A stretch of DNA of 64,000 nt from Candidatus Latescibacterota bacterium (GTDB taxonomy: Bacteria; Latescibacterota; UBA2968): positions 6,720,001-6,784,000 of the forward strand of contig OZ240241.1 of the NCBI GenBank assembly GCA_965198115.1, read 5' to 3'. The notes beneath the pieces were generated by a model. It had not been told where the DNA came from and searched no databases. It worked only from the letters and a program-made list of their open reading frames with translations. A program made the position numbers and the translations under genes. This document shows, in pieces, positions 40,093-49,607 of the stretch (positions are counted from its first letter, which is position 1; every line of letters starts with the position of its first letter).

Positions 40093-42078
40093 CTACCAGT
40101 GATGGACAGAATGACCGGATCCGGGGAACCAGATGGCGTCGACGATGGCGGAAACGGCCACGCCGAGCACGAATCCGCATAGAATACCGAGGAACAGGGG
40201 CTGTCCGCGACGGTAGAGCTGGATGCCACCGATTCGGAAGATCAGCGTTTTGACGAGCCAGACGATGAAGATGGTGAAGATCGTTCCCCGGATCGCGTGG
40301 GTCTCTGATATGGCGAAGCCGACGGGATGGAGCGGCCAGCTCGGGCGGCGATAGCGGATGAAGGTGAGCAGGGCCATGACGATGATGCCTCCGGCGTAGA
40401 ACCCGAGCCGCTCCCAGTCGGGGCCGAGGGCGGTTTCCATCTGACGCAGGTAGTAGTTGAAGATGTTTGGGTGCGTGCGGAACTCGAAGGCTCGAAAGTT
40501 GTAGGCGCCGTACTCGTAGCCGAGATGGAGCGTGAAGGCGACAGAGGTGACGGCTGCCGCCAGGCCGGCGAACGTCAGCGCCGCAGTGATAGGCTTCTTG
40601 CTGCCCCGGACGGCAGCGGTGAGACGCGCGATGTGTGCCGAGCTCGCCATGACGAGGCTCTTTGCGTCGGTGAAATAGCCGAAGGAGTAGGCGAACGTGG
40701 CCATGGAGGCTGGGCGAATGGCGGCCGAGCCGACGGAAAAGAGCGCGAAAGAGGGCGGCATGACGGTTCCGCGCAGGTAGACGAGTCCGGTTTCGGCCAT
40801 GACGCGTGCGATGCCCAGGTAAAGGATGGCCATGCCGATTAGGAAAGGCAGAACGATGTGGAGATCCATGCCCGATGCGTGGAGCCACCCGGTGACGAAG
40901 CCGCCGCCGATCGTCGCGCCCCAAGCAGCGGTGCGGTAGGAGAAAAGCTCCTCGCTGTCGTCGACGGTCCGCTCGCCGAAACGGACGTGTCGCCAGATGC
41001 GTTCAAGATGATCTCGTCCGATCCACAAGCTCCAGCCGAGCATGAAGGTCAGTGCGCCGAAGGCCTGCCACGCGTTGGCGGCGTGGGCGGATGACCAGAG
41101 TCCCGGCGTGCCGATGCTGTATCCGAGACGGTTGAAGAAACCGACTTCACCACAGACGAGAAGGTAGAAGAACCAGATCGAAAACAGGACCTCCAGGCTG
41201 GTCCAGTAGGCGAATCCCATGATGAAAAAGTGAATGCCGATGTAGAAGTATCGACTGGGGATGTAGCGGTTGATCTTCAAGAATGTGACGCCACCGCCTG
41301 CCCGTGTGATCGGAATTTTCGGAAAGTCGGGAAGGAAGTAGCCCACGATGTTCCAACAGATGACGAGGAGAGGGATGCCCAACCCGATCCAGAAGAGGCG
41401 ATTCCGCGCGAGTGGGGGCAGAACGCTGTCTTCGGATTGCTTGACGAGTTCGAGCGCCACCTGAGCGGCGGGAAACGGCAAACGCTCGACGTCTGCCCAT
41501 TGCTTTCGAAGGAGGACCGCGGTGCACAGACACGTCCACGTGAGTGCGCCGGCAAAGGCGAACCACCAGAAGAGCGGACCGATCCAGACATCCCACGGTA
41601 CGGGGGCGTCAGATGGGAGCCCTTCGTAGAAATACCGCAGGGCGTGGTCGGTGTCACGAGGGAACAGCCAGTCGGGCAGGTGAGGGTGGAGGCGGTCTGC
41701 CCAGGCGTTTTCGGGTGTGGCAAAATAGTAGGGCGTCGAGAGGTTGCCCATGATGAGGCCGGTGAAATTCATCAGAGGGAAGAGGGCCCCGACGAGTCCC
41801 ATGGAGAAAACCACGACGAGTTCGAGTGGGGACAGAGCCCAGGTCGGACGCACGTGTCGCAGGGCCACGTTAACGCCGAGTGTCAGAAGGACAAACGGGA
41901 TCATCAACGCCATGGCCATGTAACTGAAGACCATCTGGTTGATGTGGATGACGTAGAGGCCGTAGATGGGCCACGTGTTGACCGAGAGGACGAGGAGAAG
42001 ATCGACGGCCACGCTGCGAGCGGTCACCCGGTCGGTGGGTGTTGAATCTGGCGAGACGGTTTGGCGGGCGAGGGACAT
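40093..42078 (-). CDS. polytopic membrane protein, DUF6785/DUF6784-like (putative transporter)
   Basis: 661 aa with many TM helices. QW..ERLPFP and WPLHPVGF motifs recalled for this family. Confidence 0.75.
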   Translation of the reverse strand: MSLARQTVSPDSTPTDRVTARSVAVDLLLVLSVNTWPIYGLYVIHINQMVFSYMAMALMIPFVLLTLGVNVALRHVRPTWALSPLELVVVFSMGLVGALFPLMNFTGLIMGNLSTPYYFATPENAWADRLHPHLPDWLFPRDTDHALRYFYEGLPSDAPVPWDVWIGPLFWWFAFAGALTWTCLCTAVLLRKQWADVERLPFPAAQVALELVKQSEDSVLPPLARNRLFWIGLGIPLLVICWNIVGYFLPDFPKIPITRAGGGVTFLKINRYIPSRYFYIGIHFFIMGFAYWTSLEVLFSIWFFYLLVCGEVGFFNRLGYSIGTPGLWSSAHAANAWQAFGALTFMLGWSLWIGRDHLERIWRHVRFGERTVDDSEELFSYRTAAWGATIGGGFVTGWLHASGMDLHIVLPFLIGMAILYLGIARVMAETGLVYLRGTVMPPSFALFSVGSAAIRPASMATFAYSFGYFTDAKSLVMASSAHIARLTAAVRGSKKPITAALTFAGLAAAVTSVAFTLHLGYEYGAYNFRAFEFRTHPNIFNYYLRQMETALGPDWERLGFYAGGIIVMALLTFIRYRRPSWPLHPVGFAISETHAIRGTIFTIFIVWLVKTLIFRIGGIQLYRRGQPLFLGILCGFVLGVAVSAIVDAIWFPGSGHSVHHW

Positions 42079-42269
42079 GGGATGAGCAAGTTGGGCCGTC
42101 GTGTCCGGTCGAGCAAATACCCAAAGCAGCAGGAAATCGATAAAGTAGGACCGATAATGTTAAATCTTTGTTAAAATTAAAGAAATTACTTGTATATCAT
42201 TCGTAAGACTGATAGATTGATCACTGTTAATCACATATAACTAATTAAAATGACTTTCACGGAGTCGGT

Positions 42270-42534
42270 ATGTCGAGTCGGACAAACAGACGGGTCTATT
42301 TCACGATTGTAGCCCCGAAAGCAGGCAGTGTCAGGGTTTTTGGGAGTTTCGACGATTGGTCGGGACGGGATCTCAAACCTACGTCTAAGGGGGTCTGGCG
42401 GACCTGGATGTCACTTGCCCCGGGTCGTTACGAGTATCGATTCCTGGTTGACGGACAAGTGGGCAAACGATCCCGAGGCGCCGACGACACGGAACCCTTT
42501 CGGGTCGGAGAATTCGGTGCAGGTTGTCGAATGA
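42270..42534 (+). pseudogene. standalone glycogen-binding (CBM48/AMPK-beta-like) domain, frameshift near 42460
   Basis: APKAGSVRVFGSFDDW...GVW...LAPGRYEYRFLVDG|KWANDP...NPFGSENSV. Confidence 0.8.
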
Positions 42535-44159
42535 GTCGCGTTCTGGTCGTGGAAGAGGACGCCTATCAGCTCGAGTTACTGAGTGCATGGTTTCATAAAC
42601 ATTATTACGTAATGTTCTGAACATTATTTGTAGCTTATGTTCTCCTTCAAAAGGAGGAGAACAATGCCAAGACGTTCGCCTTATGTGGTGCTACTGTCTG
42701 AGAAGGAACGGGTCGACCTCGAGCGAATGGCTGGACAATATACGTTACCGTATTATCAAGTGATCCGATCGAAAATCGTGCTTCTCGCCGCCGAGGGATT
42801 ATCCAACAAGATTATCGCCCAACGGTTGGATGTCCCGCGTCCGATCGTAAGCAAATGGCGTAAGCGCTTTTTCGAAGAGCGTCTTTCGGGACTCGAAGAT
42901 AGATCTCGTCCCGGGCGCCCGCCCGGTTTTCCCCCCTCAGGTGGTCGTTCAGATCAAGGCGCTGGCGTGTGAACTACCGAGCGAGAGCGGGATACCGCTC
43001 TCGCGGTTCAGCTGTTCCGAGATTGCCGCCGAGGCAGTGCAAAGGGGCTTCGTTGCCAAGATCAGCGGCGCCACTGTCTGGCGCTGGTTGAACGAGGACG
43101 CGATTCGTCCTTGGTATCATCGCTCCTGGATTTTCCCACGGGACCCGGACTTCCAAACCAAAGCAGGTAGAGTCCTTGATCTGTATCACCGCCAATGGCA
43201 AGGAAAGCCTTTAGGGCCGAGGGAATATGTACTTTCTGCCGACGAAAAGACCAGTATTCAAGCACGAGCTCGCAAGCACGTTACCCTACCGCCAGCCTCG
43301 AACAGAGCGGCACGCGTTGAAACACGAATACGAGCGGAAAGGAGCCCTGGCCTATCTGGCTGCTCTCGACGTGCACAATGGTCGAATCTTCGGTCTCTGT
43401 GAGTCTTCTTCGGGTATCGAGCCCTTCAACCGGCTCCTGAGCCTGATCATGAGCCGGAAACCCTATTGCTCGGCAAAGAAAGTCTACCTCATCGTGGATA
43501 ATGGCTCCTCGCACCGAGGGCAAACATGCATCGACCGTATCCAGGGGAAGTGGCCAAACATCCACCCCGTTCACCTTCCGATCCACGCAAGCTGGCTCAA
43601 TCAGATCGAGATCTACTTCTCGATCCTCAAACGCAAGGCTCTGACACCTATCGAATTTGCATCGCTCGAAGAGCTTGAGGCAAGAATCCTCGGTTTTCAG
43701 GAACGCTACGGACGTATCGCCACACCCTTCAAATGGAAGTTCACACGAACAGATCTCGCGGAGATGATCGACAAACTCAGGTTCTACGATACGCCCTTGG
43801 CAAAGTCTGCTTATAATACGTCACCGTATTTGAGAACAGGAGTACTGAGTTGGGAGTTCGAAGACGAAGGTTACCGCGTTTGGACGGCCACGGATGGCGA
43901 TCAGGCGTTGAGGATGGTGACAAAGTCAGAGCCCGATGTGGTCGTGCTGGGGTATTCGATGCAGACGCAACGCGACGAAGCGCTGGTCGAGCTGGTGAAC
44001 CGGCCCACTCGGCCAGCGGTCGTCGTCCACACGTCTGGAGAGACGGACGAGGAACTGGCTCGGCGCGTGGATGGGTTCGTGACCAAACGGTCCGACCTGA
44101 CGTATCTCAAGGCCGAGGTCAAGTGCGTGATCGCGTGTCGTCATCCGATGACAGCGTGA
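42531..44159 (+). pseudogene. receiver-domain protein split by IS630 type B
   Basis: MSRVLVVEEDAYQLELLS|WEFEDEGYRV... joins in frame across the TGA duplication. Confidence 0.85.
42583..43845 (+). mobile_element. IS630-family IS type B, copy 2 (inverted relative to copy 1)
   Basis: Near-identical to 37700-38961. TGA duplicated at 42580-42582 and 43846-43848. Confidence 0.92.
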
Positions 44160-44181
44160 TCCGGAAAAACGAGAAGGTGTT

Positions 44182-44218
44182 TTGGGGTTGTCGTTGCGCG
44201 CGGCAGCCCCTTTTCTTA
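44182..44218 (+). terminator. intrinsic terminator
   Basis: GGGGTTGTCG...CGGCAGCCCC followed by TTTTCTT. Confidence 0.6.
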
Positions 44219-44259
44219 TGGACCTTCACCTTCTGGTAAACCGGAACCTGGATGGATTC

Positions 44260-45273
44260 GTGCTCGAACCCGGTCTGCGTGCTCCCGATTTCGTGCTCCC
44301 TGATCGACGCGGTGTTCCCACGCGGTTCTACGCTCGCGTGGGTGGGCGTCCGGTCCTGCTCCTCTTTGGCCAGACCGATCTGGAATGTGACGGTTGCGAT
44401 CGGGTCGTGGTTGTCGATTCGACGCAATCTGTCGACGATGAGGGTGTTCATTTTCGCGACACGGATGGCGCGGTTGCCCGGCAATACGGCGTCGAGGAAG
44501 GTGGCGCGGCTATTTTGCTGGACGCGAACCTGCGGGTCATTCGGTCTTTCGATTTGACGGAGGGTGAGGTCGAGGAGGCGATTCGGCAGGCGCTTTCGGA
44601 GGAGGGCGATTCCCCGTCGCTCGAAGTTCTTCGCGTCGCTCCAGTGCTGACGGTGCCCCGCGTTCTGGAGCTCTCGCACTGCGATTACCTGATGACGTTG
44701 TGGGAGGAGGGCGGGCACGTCGAGACGGGCGTCGAGTCGTCTGAGGAGGGCGAACGGTCGGATGTTCTGTCAGAGCTCCACAAGCGGCGAGAAGATCATA
44801 CGGTTGTGGATCCAAAGTTGATTCGATTGCTCACGACGACGGTGGGTCGCCGGCTGTTGCCCGAACTGGATCGTGCGTTCGGTGCGAAACCCACGCGGTT
44901 CGAGGGATTCAAAATCGCCTGTTACGATGCTGCATCAGCGGGTTTTTTCGATGCGCATCGCGACAATCTGAGTCCGTCGACGTCGCATCGTCAGTTCGCC
45001 GTGTCGCTCAACTTGAATGACGACTACGTGGGTGGACACCTCGTCTTTCCCGAATATGGGGATCATCGCTACCGACCCGAGGCAGGTGGCGCTCTGGTTT
45101 TCTCCTGCGCGCACCTGCACGCCGTGGCGCCCGTCACCGAGGGTCGACGGTTTACGCTCTTGACGTTCCTCTACGATCGAGAACGGAGCGATCGGACGGA
45201 AACCACGATCGATCCCTTCCAGTCAGCTGTGGCTCGCAGCCAGCCGTCCCCGCCGGCTTCGCCGGAAGCTTGA
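44260..45273 (+). CDS. redoxin-like domain fused to a 2OG-Fe(II) oxygenase
   Basis: APDFVL N-terminus. HRDN, SLNLNDDY.GG.L.FPEY, H.V.PVT.G.R motifs. Start uncertain. Confidence 0.85.
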   Translation: MLEPGLRAPDFVLPDRRGVPTRFYARVGGRPVLLLFGQTDLECDGCDRVVVVDSTQSVDDEGVHFRDTDGAVARQYGVEEGGAAILLDANLRVIRSFDLTEGEVEEAIRQALSEEGDSPSLEVLRVAPVLTVPRVLELSHCDYLMTLWEEGGHVETGVESSEEGERSDVLSELHKRREDHTVVDPKLIRLLTTTVGRRLLPELDRAFGAKPTRFEGFKIACYDAASAGFFDAHRDNLSPSTSHRQFAVSLNLNDDYVGGHLVFPEYGDHRYRPEAGGALVFSCAHLHAVAPVTEGRRFTLLTFLYDRERSDRTETTIDPFQSAVARSQPSPPASPEA

Positions 45274-45401
45274 AGGCAGATGGCCCGCGCGGCATCACCG
45301 CCGCCGTGGTGTAGAGCCCTCCATACCCCATCCATCACCGATTTGCCCCGTAACGACCGACGTGTGAACATTCCCTACGAGTAGGCAGGCGGGGGAGATC
45401 T

Positions 45402-46850
45402 TCATCCTTCGAGCAGGCGCTCGATCGCCGTGGCCACGCGTTCGATGAGTGTCTCCAGGCACCCTGGCGCGAGACTCGAGGGCTCCTCCTGATAGAGTCC
45501 CTTTCCGTATCTGTCGCGGGGGAGGAGATACGCGATCGGTGTGTCGCCTGCGATCGGCGTGAGGAGAATCGGCCGACCCGGAAACCGCGCTCGAAGCGAC
45601 GTTTGCATCGCACTATACGGTTCGCCACCGCACGTGACCCACACGGCATCGCCGAATCGCCAGATCGTGCACGCCAGCGGGTAGGAGCCCGTCCCTGGCA
45701 AGTGTTCCACTCTTCCGAGCCACCGACGGCACCGTTCGGCGCGGGCTCCGAGGTCACGGGCTGACAGGACATCACCCACTTCGTCCGCCTTCTGTTGGTC
45801 GTTCGTGTATCGTTCCAGATCCGTTCGAAGCGTTTCGGCCGTAGGCAGGTCGATGAGGGGCAGGTCAACGCTGAAGGCGCACGCGTTGAAGGCCGATGCA
45901 GTCCGTCGGTGGTCAGCGTCCATTTCACGATGACGCCAGACGCCGAGGGTTGCGCCCGACACGACGGGACCCTCGTAGACGAAGTCGGTTTCGGGGGGGC
46001 CCAGGGAGGACAGGGCCGAGAGGGCTGCGTAGCCGAGCTGGCGACCGTTTCGATCGGCCGTGGCCAGTTCGCCGGTGAAACCATCCCTCGGGCCGAGGTC
46101 GCCGCACGCGCCCTGGAGGTAGAGGCAGGGACACGTCGTGGCGTCTTCCACGACCTGCCGCGCAGCTCCGACGAAGTCTGGGGAGAGAGAGGTGTTGTCC
46201 CACGAGAGCGTGGTGGGGTGGCAGGCGTAGTGAACGAGTGTGAGCCGTTTCTTACCAGCGGGGTCGACCACCCGGGCGGTGGCAACGGTGTCGTCTGCGT
46301 CTGCGTCCGGGTTATACCCCGTCGCGTAGATGTCGCGCTGGGTGTCGAAATAGTCGCGATTGCCTGCCAGGCTGCATCGACCCTGGGCATACGTGATCGT
46401 GCAAGCGTCGAGACTCTCGATGGCCTCGGTAAGGGCGTCTCCGAGTGTCCGGGAGAGGTCGCGGAGATAGGGTGCGATCATTTCGCCGCCGGGCAGCGCT
46501 TGTCGACCGGGGTTGAACACGCCTGAAGCGTGGGAGTGGGAGTAGGTGATGACGACGTGGTCGATCGGCACACTCGCCCGGTCGGCGAGTGCCGACCGCA
46601 CGGGATCCTGCTGCGGGTTGGTGAGGCCGACGAGGTCGAGCAGCACGCGGACGAGACGTTGAGCCGGGTCTTTACCCGCAGGCTCGAAGACGAGGATGTC
46701 GGCCAGAATGGGGCGATGGACGCCGGACGCACGGTCGTGCCTGGCCGCCCCCCACATGCGGTGGTAAATGCCCACGGGTGGGGTGATGTCCCGTCTCGCG
46801 TGGCCGAGACGGATCAAACTGGTCGGTGTGGGTTCGTGGGTGGTCGACAC
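45402..46850 (-). CDS. neutral/alkaline ceramidase-like hypothetical hydrolase
   Basis: DITPP, SHSHA, YACHPT, QGACGD, GE motifs. Confidence 0.7.
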   Translation of the reverse strand: MSTTHEPTPTSLIRLGHARRDITPPVGIYHRMWGAARHDRASGVHRPILADILVFEPAGKDPAQRLVRVLLDLVGLTNPQQDPVRSALADRASVPIDHVVITYSHSHASGVFNPGRQALPGGEMIAPYLRDLSRTLGDALTEAIESLDACTITYAQGRCSLAGNRDYFDTQRDIYATGYNPDADADDTVATARVVDPAGKKRLTLVHYACHPTTLSWDNTSLSPDFVGAARQVVEDATTCPCLYLQGACGDLGPRDGFTGELATADRNGRQLGYAALSALSSLGPPETDFVYEGPVVSGATLGVWRHREMDADHRRTASAFNACAFSVDLPLIDLPTAETLRTDLERYTNDQQKADEVGDVLSARDLGARAERCRRWLGRVEHLPGTGSYPLACTIWRFGDAVWVTCGGEPYSAMQTSLRARFPGRPILLTPIAGDTPIAYLLPRDRYGKGLYQEEPSSLAPGCLETLIERVATAIERLLEG

Positions 46851-47082
46851 GCGGCCCTCAGGCGAAAAGGAGCTATGGTACCGCAAGGACGACTCGCGGC
46901 AAGCGATTTCTCCCACAACGAGCTCCGTCAGTGACACGTCGATCGCCGATTGGTTTCGGCGTCCTTCGCAGGGGCCCGTGTAGGGGGTGGCTCATTTCAG
47001 TGTGTGCTGTATCACAAGTGGCGCAACAAAACGTGATATCCCTGTCATCAGGACGTTTTCGTCACATGATGAATTTTCAGTT

Positions 47083-47095
47083 TAACTTGTTGATA
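47083..47095 (-). promoter_or_regulatory. IHF-binding site
   Basis: TATCAACAAGTTA matches WATCAANNNNTTR, ~40 bp upstream of a sigma-54 promoter. Confidence 0.6.
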
Positions 47096-47135
47096 ATTCA
47101 ATGTTTATGGAGAAATGAAGGATCTGTTCGGTCCG

Positions 47136-47151
47136 TGGCACACGCCTTGCA
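47136..47151 (+). promoter_or_regulatory. sigma-54 (-24/-12) promoter
   Basis: TGGCACACGCCTTGCA matches TGGCAC-N5-TTGCA exactly. Confidence 0.8.
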
Positions 47152-47246
47152 ATTATAATTATCGTGGTCAACGGAGGAGGGAGAGACCGTCCCCGGTCGC
47201 CCCGCCCGCCTCCGGTCAACTGGTCAGGATGGAGGAGGTTACGGAC

Positions 47247-49535
47247 ATGGCGGGAGTGAAGAATACGGACAGCGCGTTGCTGGATCTCTATTTCCAGGAT
47301 ATCTCCGACTCGAGTCCTTTGCCGGCGGACACGGAAACAGAGCTGGCGAAGCGGATTCGTGTGGGTGATGGGTCCGCGAGAAACACCCTGGTTCAGGCGA
47401 ATCTCAGGTTCGTGGTCCGCGTGGCCAGCGAATTCCAGGGATGCGGCATGGATCTGGAAGATCTGATCAGCGCAGGCAACGTCGGTCTCATCAAGGCGGC
47501 CGAGCGATTCGATCCCGACCGTGGCGTGAAGTTCATCACCTACGCACTCTGGTGGATTCGGCAGGCCATTCTGAATTCTCTGTCACAAGACAGCCAGACC
47601 GTTCGCTTACCGGCGAACCGCGTGAAGCTACTGAACAGCATCGTCCAGCTCAGCCGCCAACTGCGGCAGGCGAACGGGGAGGAACCGGGCGAGGAAACGC
47701 TCGCGGATGTCCTCGGGGTGCCAGTCAAACGTGTGCGAGAGATGATGATGTGGTCGCGGGATATCGCTTCTCTCGACCAGACGAACGGGACAGAGGAAGA
47801 TTACCAACCGCTGCAGGTGATTCCGGACGAAACGCTCGACGCTCCCGATGCGGTCGTGAGCGACGCGTCGGATCAAGCTCAGCTGCAGGAGGCCCTCGCC
47901 TCGCTGGAAGAACGGAGGCGGAAGTTCTGCGGCAGCACTACGGGTTGAACAACGACGAGCCGAAGACACTCGAGGCGATCGGGAAGGATGTGGGTCTGAC
48001 GAAGGAACGAATTCGACAGATCAAAGAAAAAGGCTCTATCCGGGTTTCTCAACGGTGAAACTATAGAATGACAAGGTCATAGATCGTTCCCTACGCTTGG
48101 TTGTGTGTGTAGGACAATCAAAGCGAAGGGGGTGCGACCTATGACCGGGAGCAGATTACTATCGAAACTGCTGAGATTCAAGGGGTTCCGTGTTGTCAGC
48201 TGGTGGTTTGAGGGGAGAAGCTGCTTCGTCATCGCCGTAAAGCCACATAAGAATGGTTGTTGTTGTCCGGAGTGCGGCCGTCGAGGTAAAATCGTCCGCA
48301 CAATGCCCCATCCGCGTCGGTGGCGTGACATTCCGGTGTGCGGGTGGAGGGTCTGGCTTCTCTACCATCCTCGGGAGATTCGGTGTCCTACCCACGGTCG
48401 TGTGGTCGAGGAGATTCCGTGGGCGGAGCGGTTCTCTCGGGTGACGTATCGCTTCGAGTATGCCATGCTGCGCTACTGCCAGACCATGACGCAGAAGGCG
48501 GCGTCCGAGTTGCTGCGCATCTCTGCCTCGACGCTGTCGGATCTCCTTCACCGATCCATCACGCGGCTTCGTGAAGGTCATCGTATCCGAGGGCTCAAAA
48601 CCATCGGGATCGACGAGATCTCCTACGCCAAGCGTCACAGGTACGCCACGCTCGTTTACGATCTGGACCGCTCCTGCGTGGTGTGGGTTGGCCGCGGCAG
48701 GGCGCGTAAAACGATCGATCGGTTCTTCACAGAGGCTCTCAGTCCCTACCGGAGATCCAAGATCGAGTGGGCCTGCTGCGACATGAGCGAAGCTTGAAGC
48801 TTACATCGGAGCCATCCAGGAACACTGTCCGAATGCCAAGCTGGTCCTCGATCGCTTTCACATCGTCAAGGCTCTCAATGCCGCCGTTGACGAGGTCCGT
48901 AAGGACCAGTGGCGTAAAGCTGCCCCGGATGAGCGCAAAGCCATGAAGGGCCTCCGATGGCTCCTCTACCGGCACTCAGCGACACGCTCCAGAGGGGATA
49001 CTCGGACACTCAAAGCACTGGAGAAGGCGAACTACCGAATCTATAGAGCCTGGAGACTCAAGGACGAGTTCGAGCAGTTCTGGGAATACAAAGCGCCCTG
49101 GGCTGCCGAACGCTTCCTGAAATGCTGGACGACGTCCGCACTCAGAAGTCGACGTGAACCCCTGCGAAAGTTCGTCAGGACCCTGCGACAGCACTTCTTC
49201 GGCGTCCTCGCATTCGTGAACACGCGTCTTACCAACGCCATCGCCGAAGGCCTCAACCGAATCGTCCAAATCGTCAAGAACCGAGCCAGCGGATTCCGCA
49301 CACTCGACGCATTCAACGATATGATCTTCCTTACCGTCGGAGACATAAACATCCCTGAGCAGATTCCGAAGAGGTTCCGCACACTCTAACCGCGCCCCCA
49401 TGCCAGGAACCACGGCACCTTCACCCACTTCAGCTCGTTGAGAGATCCGGATATAGCCAAGAAAAAGCGCTTCGGAAACTGCGGCACCCCAGGCATCGGG
49501 CCTGGTTGGATCCCTTGAGAGAGTCTATTTGCTGA
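47247..49535 (+). pseudogene. RpoD/RpoS-like sigma-70 factor (~284 aa), frameshift near 47915 and ISL3 insertion in region 4.2
   Basis: QANLRFVV, DLISAGNVGLIKAAERFD, FITYALWWIRQAI, and TKERIRQIKEK|ALRKLRHP rejoined across AAGAAAAA. Confidence 0.9.
48032..49458 (+). mobile_element. ISL3-family IS, copy 2 (transposase inactivated by a 7-bp duplication)
   Basis: Same IRs as copy 1. TSD AAGAAAAA. GAAGCTT duplicated at 48789-48802. Confidence 0.95.
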
Positions 49536-49607
49536 ATAGACAGCATCGATTGCTTGGGAGGGCGGCACCTTGGTTGAGGGGCCGCCCTCTCTCTTTGGGA
49601 GAAGGTG

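Noticed and set aside
37700-43845. Composite transposon formed by the inverted IS630-B pair around the membrane-protein gene
   Set aside because: Each copy has its own duplication and each interrupted gene rejoins locally, so these are independent insertions.
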